Assembly (NCBI GenBank): GCA_001777655.1
Contig: MFER01000013.1
Coordinates: 68,322-132,321, forward strand
Length of the DNA: 64,000 nt
Source of the DNA: Candidatus Doudnabacteria bacterium RIFCSPHIGHO2_02_FULL_43_13b
GTDB lineage: Bacteria; Patescibacteriota; Doudnabacteria; UBA920; O2-02-FULL-48-8
Direction: 5' to 3'
The position numbers were made by a program, and so were the translations under genes. How positions within the stretch are numbered: the first letter of the stretch is position 1; the number at the start of each line of letters is the position of its first letter. This document shows, in pieces, positions 59,296 to 64,000 of the stretch. The notes under the pieces are model-generated. The model was given only the letters and a program-made list of their open reading frames with translations. It did no database searches and had not been told where the DNA came from.

Positions 59296-61521
59296 TTAGT
59301 TTAATTTTATCGGCCATTTTTCGACCAGCAGTAGGTTCTTGTGATTGATTTGCCAGGCGGCTTCGGTAACGAACGGCACGAATGGATGCAGGAGTTTGAG
59401 GCAAGTTTCCAAGACAGTTTTTAACATTAGTTGGGTGGAAGCCTTGGTTTTTGGATTGGCTAGCTGAGCTTTGGATTCTTCGATAATTTTATCAGCGAAG
59501 GTATGCCAAAAGTAATGATAGAGATTTTCTGCCGCATGGGCGAGGTCTTGTTTGTCCAAAAGTTTAGTTGTGCCATTAGTTACTTTGTCTAAATTTTTCA
59601 GGATGACTTTGTGAGCAGGGGCTAATTGAGCTGTTGCGTCCATGCCCTCTGTGTTTTGCATGACAAACCGAGCCGCGTTCCAAATCTTGTTGGCAAAGTT
59701 TCGGTAGCCGCGGACTTTATCTTCTGATAGCGGCAAATCATTGCCTGGCAAGTTGCCGACAACCAAAGCCATCCGCAGAGCGTCGTTGCCATAAATATCG
59801 ATCACGCCCAAAGGATCAATGACATTGCCCTTGGACTTGCTCATTTTTTGGCGATCTTTATCGCGCACCAGGCCATGAAGGTAGACGTTTTCAAACGGCA
59901 CCTGCCCGGTTTTGTAAAGCCCGAACATAATCATCCGCGCCACCCAGAAGAAGAGAATATCCCAACCAGTTTCCATCATTTGGGTCGGGTAAAAAGTCTG
60001 GAAGTTTATACCCCCCCTAGCCCCCCCTATGTTAGGGGGGGAATCTCTCTGTTCTCCTCCTTTCAAGGGGGAGTTAGAGGGGGTATTATCTAATGCCATG
60101 AGTGTGGCATATGGCCACTGACCGGAAGAAAACCAGGTGTCGAAAGTGTCAGGATCCTGGACCCAACCTTCCCCTGGCGATGCTTCTGAAATTTTCAGCT
60201 CATTGTCTTTATACCACACCGGGATCGGAATGCCCCACCAGATTTGGCGAGAAATCGGCCAGTCACGGATGTTTTTCATCCAATGCATTAGCACTTTTTC
60301 AAATTTTATTGGATTTATTTTAACTTTTTTATTTTTTACAGCATTTACGACCAAATCACGCAGTGAAATTTCGAATTTTGAATTTCGAATTTTGAATTTT
60401 TTTGTCATTGCCACATACCACTGGGGGATGATCAGGGGTTCCAGGACATTCTTACACTTGTAGCATAGTGACACGTTGTGCTTGTAAGTTTCATCGATTT
60501 TTTCCAGCAGTCCCAGCTTCTGCAGATCTTCGACAACTACCTTGCGTGCTTCGGCGACCTTCAGTCCGTGATATTTCGTGTTGGGCAAGTCCATCTTACC
60601 TCGCTTATCAATAACCTGTTTGGGCCCTGGGATTTCATCTTTTCCGCCGGGGACGGATCCGCCTTTGGCGGAATGTTTCTGCCAGATTTCGAAATCTGCG
60701 GCATCATGCGCCGGTGTTACCTTGACTACCCCGGTGCCGAAATCTTTATCTACTAGTTCATCCGCAATCACTTTGATTTTAAATTTGCCCAAAAGTCCTT
60801 CAGCCTCCAGTTCTTGGCCAATGTATTTTTTATATCTGGTATCTTTCGGATTGACTGCCAAGGCCGTGTCGCCAAATTTGGTTTCCGGCCGCACTGTCGC
60901 CAAAGTCAGCGGGCCGTATTTGATGTAATAAAGCGGATCGGTTCGCTCTTCGTGCTCGGTTTCGAGGTCAGCTAGGCCGGTTTGGTGTTTGACACACCAG
61001 TTGCAGATGCGGTTGCCGCGGTAAATCAGACCGTCGCGGTACATTTGCTCAAATGTTTCGTAAACGATTTGGATAATCCGCGGATCCAGGGTAAACATAT
61101 TGCGCGACCAGTCAGTCGAAGCGCCGAGGCGGCGAATGCCGTCTTCGGTTTGCTGTTTATAGTCCTGCACGAAATCCCAGACTTCTTTATAAAATTCCTC
61201 CCGCGTCATCTGAAAGCGTGACCGGCCTTCTTTTTCCAGTTTTTTCTCAAACACGACTTGGGTTTCGAACCCGGCATGATCCGTGCCGGGTAGCCAAAGG
61301 GTTTTTCGGCCGCGCATGCGTTCGAAGCGGATCATGATATCTTGCAGAGTAAAGCCTAATGCGTGGCCGACATGGACTTGGCCGTTGGCATTAGAAGGCG
61401 GCATGATGATCGTATATGGCTTGCCCGACAGATTATCGGGATTAAAAAAACCTGACTCTTCCCAGAGTTTGTAAATCTTGGACTCTTTGGATTGGTCATA
61501 GGTTGTGGGGATGTCGCGCAT
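59296..61521 (-). CDS. valS: Valine--tRNA ligase with three repeat-derived inserts and no C-terminal coiled coil
   Basis: HVGH, GTDHAG, TVRPET, DWPISRQIWWG, DTWFSS, KMSKS. Confidence 0.97.
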   Translation of the reverse strand: MRDIPTTYDQSKESKIYKLWEESGFFNPDNLSGKPYTIIMPPSNANGQVHVGHALGFTLQDIMIRFERMRGRKTLWLPGTDHAGFETQVVFEKKLEKEGRSRFQMTREEFYKEVWDFVQDYKQQTEDGIRRLGASTDWSRNMFTLDPRIIQIVYETFEQMYRDGLIYRGNRICNWCVKHQTGLADLETEHEERTDPLYYIKYGPLTLATVRPETKFGDTALAVNPKDTRYKKYIGQELEAEGLLGKFKIKVIADELVDKDFGTGVVKVTPAHDAADFEIWQKHSAKGGSVPGGKDEIPGPKQVIDKRGKMDLPNTKYHGLKVAEARKVVVEDLQKLGLLEKIDETYKHNVSLCYKCKNVLEPLIIPQWYVAMTKKFKIRNSKFEISLRDLVVNAVKNKKVKINPIKFEKVLMHWMKNIRDWPISRQIWWGIPIPVWYKDNELKISEASPGEGWVQDPDTFDTWFSSGQWPYATLMALDNTPSNSPLKGGEQRDSPPNIGGARGGINFQTFYPTQMMETGWDILFFWVARMIMFGLYKTGQVPFENVYLHGLVRDKDRQKMSKSKGNVIDPLGVIDIYGNDALRMALVVGNLPGNDLPLSEDKVRGYRNFANKIWNAARFVMQNTEGMDATAQLAPAHKVILKNLDKVTNGTTKLLDKQDLAHAAENLYHYFWHTFADKIIEESKAQLANPKTKASTQLMLKTVLETCLKLLHPFVPFVTEAAWQINHKNLLLVEKWPIKLN
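60007..60088. repeat. C/G-run palindrome in frame in valS
   Basis: Minus strand ACCCCCTCTAACTCCCCCTTGAAAGGAGGAG...TCCCCCCCTAACATAGGGGGGGCTAGGGGGGGTAT (TPSNSPLKGGE...PPNIGGARGG). Confidence 0.75.
60643..60672. mobile_element. 30-nt twin-hairpin element in frame in valS (SAKGGSVPGG)
   Basis: Minus strand TCCGCC-AAA-GGCGGA + TCCGTC-CCC-GGCGGA. Confidence 0.8.
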
Positions 61522-61558
61522 AGTAATAAGAAAAAAGCGGCTCGTCGGCCGCTAGTGG

Positions 61559-61765
61559 TTATTTTTGCATTCCGACTTTCTTTTCGAGTAATTCTACCCG
61601 TCGCTGTAATTCGACAAGCTCAAACCGATAAGCGACATTGTCGAGCTTAAGTTTAATTTCTTCTTGGCCTTCTTTAAGGTTGTTCAATCTTTTCTCAACC
61701 CCTCCAAAGCCTGTTTGGACCATTACAGCTAAGTCATCAATTGTAGTGCCTGATTTGTTACTCAT
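61559..61765 (-). CDS. Small coiled-coil hypothetical protein
   Basis: MSNKSGTTIDDLAVMVQTGF...ELVELQRRVELLEKK; TATAAT-like box just upstream. Confidence 0.7.
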   Translation of the reverse strand: MSNKSGTTIDDLAVMVQTGFGGVEKRLNNLKEGQEEIKLKLDNVAYRFELVELQRRVELLEKKVGMQK

Positions 61766-61827
61766 AAAAATAATTATACTCCCTATTGACAAATTCGTCA
61801 AAAAGGAGTATAGTATTAAACTGATAA

Positions 61828-62430
61828 TTTGACCATCAGATACTTTTGAATATTTTCAAGCAATATATCCCAGATCAAGATAATATTTTATGGTTGTTGG
61901 AGGAGATAATTGAGAGCTTTGGATTAGATTGCTTCGTCGCCCCGCCATGGCGGGACTTCTCGCAAATGCGTAAAGATGCTTCTGCGAGGAGCGAAGCGAC
62001 GTGGCAGTCTAAAAAAGGCCTGCCCTTAGGCAACCTCACCTCCCAGCTCTTTATCAATCTCTATATGAATGAATTTGATCAATTCGTGAAGCACAAACTG
62101 AAACTTAAATACTATATCAGATACGCCGACGATTTTGTGTTCTTATCCGATACTAAGAATGACCTTACTGCAATACTGTCCCGTATTGCAGTATACTTGA
62201 ACGATGGGCTAAAACTATCGCTTCACCCTAACAAAATTATCCTCAAAACCTTTTCGTCTGGCCTTGATTTCTTAGGCTGGGTGAATTTCCCGCAGCATCG
62301 AGTCTTAAGAGCCGCGACGAAGCGGCGGATGATGAAAAAAGTCAATGAGAAAAACATATCGTCATATTTGGGGCTTCTAAAACATGGAAATACTCGTAAA
62401 ATTTCTACTTCAATTCCAAATTTGGTTTAG
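61828..62430 (+). pseudogene. 5'-truncated reverse transcriptase, DGR-like
   Basis: GLPLGNLTSQLF, YIRYADDF, GLDFLG, SYLG; begins at FDHQIL so motifs RT0-3 are absent; P1 insert at 61925-62011. Confidence 0.8.
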
Positions 62431-63424
62431 CGGAGAAGGTTTTCACAAACTTTGCTTTGTGATTTTTTATGCGATAATAAGCCGCGAGGCCGATCATGGC
62501 TGCGTTGTCAGTGCAGTACTCAAGCTTAGGAATAGAAGCTTTTAGCTTATAGCTTTTAGCTAACAGTCCGAAGCGCTTGCGAAGTAATTTATTCGCAGCA
62601 ACACCGCCGCCGAGCATGATAGTTTTTGGCTTGTAACGGATGATGGCCTTTTCAAGCTTAGCAATCAGAACATCAACAATGGCTTGTTGCACGGAAGCAG
62701 CGATATCAGGTTTTAGGTTATAGGTTATAGGTGATAGTTCCTGAAGCTTATAAAGCACGGCGGTTTTCAGGCCGGAAAAACTGAATTCGAAATTTTTCGA
62801 GTTGATCATAGGCCGAGGAAAATCAAAGGCTTGCGGATTTCCTCGTTCAGCCAGTTTGCTTAAGTGTGGTCCCCCAGGATATGGCAAGCCGAGCATCTTT
62901 GCGGTTTTGTCGAATGCTTCCCCCGCGGCGTCGTCCAAAGTTTCCCCCAAGATGCGATACTGGCCATGTCCGCGCATGAGGACCAACAGCGTATGCCCAC
63001 CGGAGACAATCAATATTATCGCCGGGAATTTTGGATTTTGAATTTTGGATTTTGAATTTTCGCGAACGAAGTTCGCGTAGATATGGGCCTCCAAATGATT
63101 GACTGGCAGCACGGGTTTATTCAGAGCCAGGCCCAAAGCCTTGGCCGTATCAACGCCGACCATTAGTGAGGTCGCCAACCCCGGACCTTCGGTCACTGCG
63201 ATATAGTCGATTTGTTTCAGTGTCGTTTTCGCCTGTTTCAACGCTAAATCAATCGTCGGGATGATGGCCGTAATATGCTCCCGGGCCGCCACTTCGGGCA
63301 CGACACCACCATACTTTTTGTGCAGACTTGCTTGAGAGGCGATAATATTGGATTTTATCTGACCATTAATAATAACCGCGGCCGCGGTTTCATCACAACT
63401 AGTTTCGATGGCGAGGATCCTCAT
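62405..63424 (-). CDS. tsaD: tRNA N6-threonylcarbamoyltransferase TsaD
   Basis: AIETSCDET, GGVVPE.A.R.H, HLEAH, SGGHT, DDAAGEAFDK, DNAAMI; start at ATG 63424. Confidence 0.98.
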   Translation of the reverse strand: MRILAIETSCDETAAAVIINGQIKSNIIASQASLHKKYGGVVPEVAAREHITAIIPTIDLALKQAKTTLKQIDYIAVTEGPGLATSLMVGVDTAKALGLALNKPVLPVNHLEAHIYANFVRENSKSKIQNPKFPAIILIVSGGHTLLVLMRGHGQYRILGETLDDAAGEAFDKTAKMLGLPYPGGPHLSKLAERGNPQAFDFPRPMINSKNFEFSFSGLKTAVLYKLQELSPITYNLKPDIAASVQQAIVDVLIAKLEKAIIRYKPKTIMLGGGVAANKLLRKRFGLLAKSYKLKASIPKLEYCTDNAAMIGLAAYYRIKNHKAKFVKTFSAKPNLELK

Positions 63425-64000
63425 ACCAAACTTTCTGTTTCCATATGACGTCTGGATTTCCAGAAGAAATAACCCACAGTGCCGAACGTAATTAGCGGAG
63501 AAAGCCACGTAGGTATATGGAACCCAAAGCTATCCGAAAGCATAATCAGTCCCAAAAATAAAATTGAATACATCGCGCCGTTTTTCAAATATTTATATTT
63601 TTTGATCCGTTCAATATTGCTCACAGTCAGTTTTCGTAAAACCAAAGCTCCCAAACCGTTCCCCAAGAGGATTAAAGGAACTGAAAAAGTGAAAGCAAAC
63701 GCGCCAATCACGCCATCTATCGAAAAGGAGGCGTCTAATACTTCCAAATATGCGACTTTTGCAATATCAGAGATTCCCCCAGCCAGAAGTTTTTTTTCTT
63801 GCTCCTCGGCATATTGTCGAAAACCATGAATGATGAAGAAAGCAGTAGAACCCAACACTGCCCCAAAGGCCATGAGGGGATTGATTTTAAGAGCAAACCA
63901 GACAATCGTAGCCAATAAGATTGAAACTACAGCAAAATACCACGCCCCTTGTCGGTGCAGAAATTTTTCGCCGAACAACCCATAATTTTTTGGTTCTAAA
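63421..64000 (-). CDS. DUF475/TerC-like membrane protein, 5' end outside the window
   Basis: YLEVLDASFSIDGVIGAFA...GLGA..LR.LT...YKYL..GAMY. Confidence 0.85.
   Translation of the reverse strand, partial: LEPKNYGLFGEKFLHRQGAWYFAVVSILLATIVWFALKINPLMAFGAVLGSTAFFIIHGFRQYAEEQEKKLLAGGISDIAKVAYLEVLDASFSIDGVIGAFAFTFSVPLILLGNGLGALVLRKLTVSNIERIKKYKYLKNGAMYSILFLGLIMLSDSFGFHIPTWLSPLITFGTVGYFFWKSRRHMETESLV

Noticed and set aside
59222-59404. 60-aa minus-strand ORF ending ...RHPELVSGS...
   Set aside because: Off-frame overlap with valS running into the P3 palindrome; not an independent gene
48880-62430. Complete diversity-generating retroelement (Avd-like gene plus RT)
   Set aside because: The two genes are about 12.6 kb apart, both are broken, and no TR/VR pair or target gene is visible
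1-64000. CRISPR array or cas genes
   Set aside because: No regularly spaced 25-45 bp direct repeats with unique spacers and no Cas-like ORF; the repeats seen are dispersed palindromes or heptamer tandems
1-64000. Prophage, integrase or autonomous IS element
   Set aside because: No recombinase, DDE/HUH transposase or phage structural ORF recognised

Overview
Origin-spanning segment of a reduced-genome bacterium, inferred to be CPR/Patescibacteria (genetic code 11). It carries jag-yidC-yidD-rnpA-rpmH-oriC-dnaA-dnaN-recF, gyrA, rpoBC, polA, uvrB, ruvA/B/C, tyrS, valS, rpsA, rpsT, tsaB/D/E, peptidoglycan genes, seven complete tRNA genes and three toxin-antitoxin pairs. On top of this backbone lies a dense layer of tiny, apparently mobile DNA with no transposase or integrase in the window. 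(1) Three families of 96-147 bp inverted-repeat elements; all six copies abut a start codon and five duplicate the ATG. (2) A 30-nt twin-hairpin element, conserved in structure but not sequence, inserted in frame in gyrA and valS and in the anticodon of a broken tRNA-Cys that leads into a small GIY-YIG nuclease gene. (3) Several RPE-like palindromes and heptamer arrays inside and between genes, one flanking a four-helix-bundle pseudogene. (4) Duplicated 3' ends of rsmI and recF. Also present: a group I intron in tRNA-Phe(GAA), a cluster of parS-like sites inside an O-antigen ligase gene, a truncated DGR-type reverse transcriptase, and evidence of widespread leaderless transcription. All calls come from reading the sequence by eye; no database searches were run.
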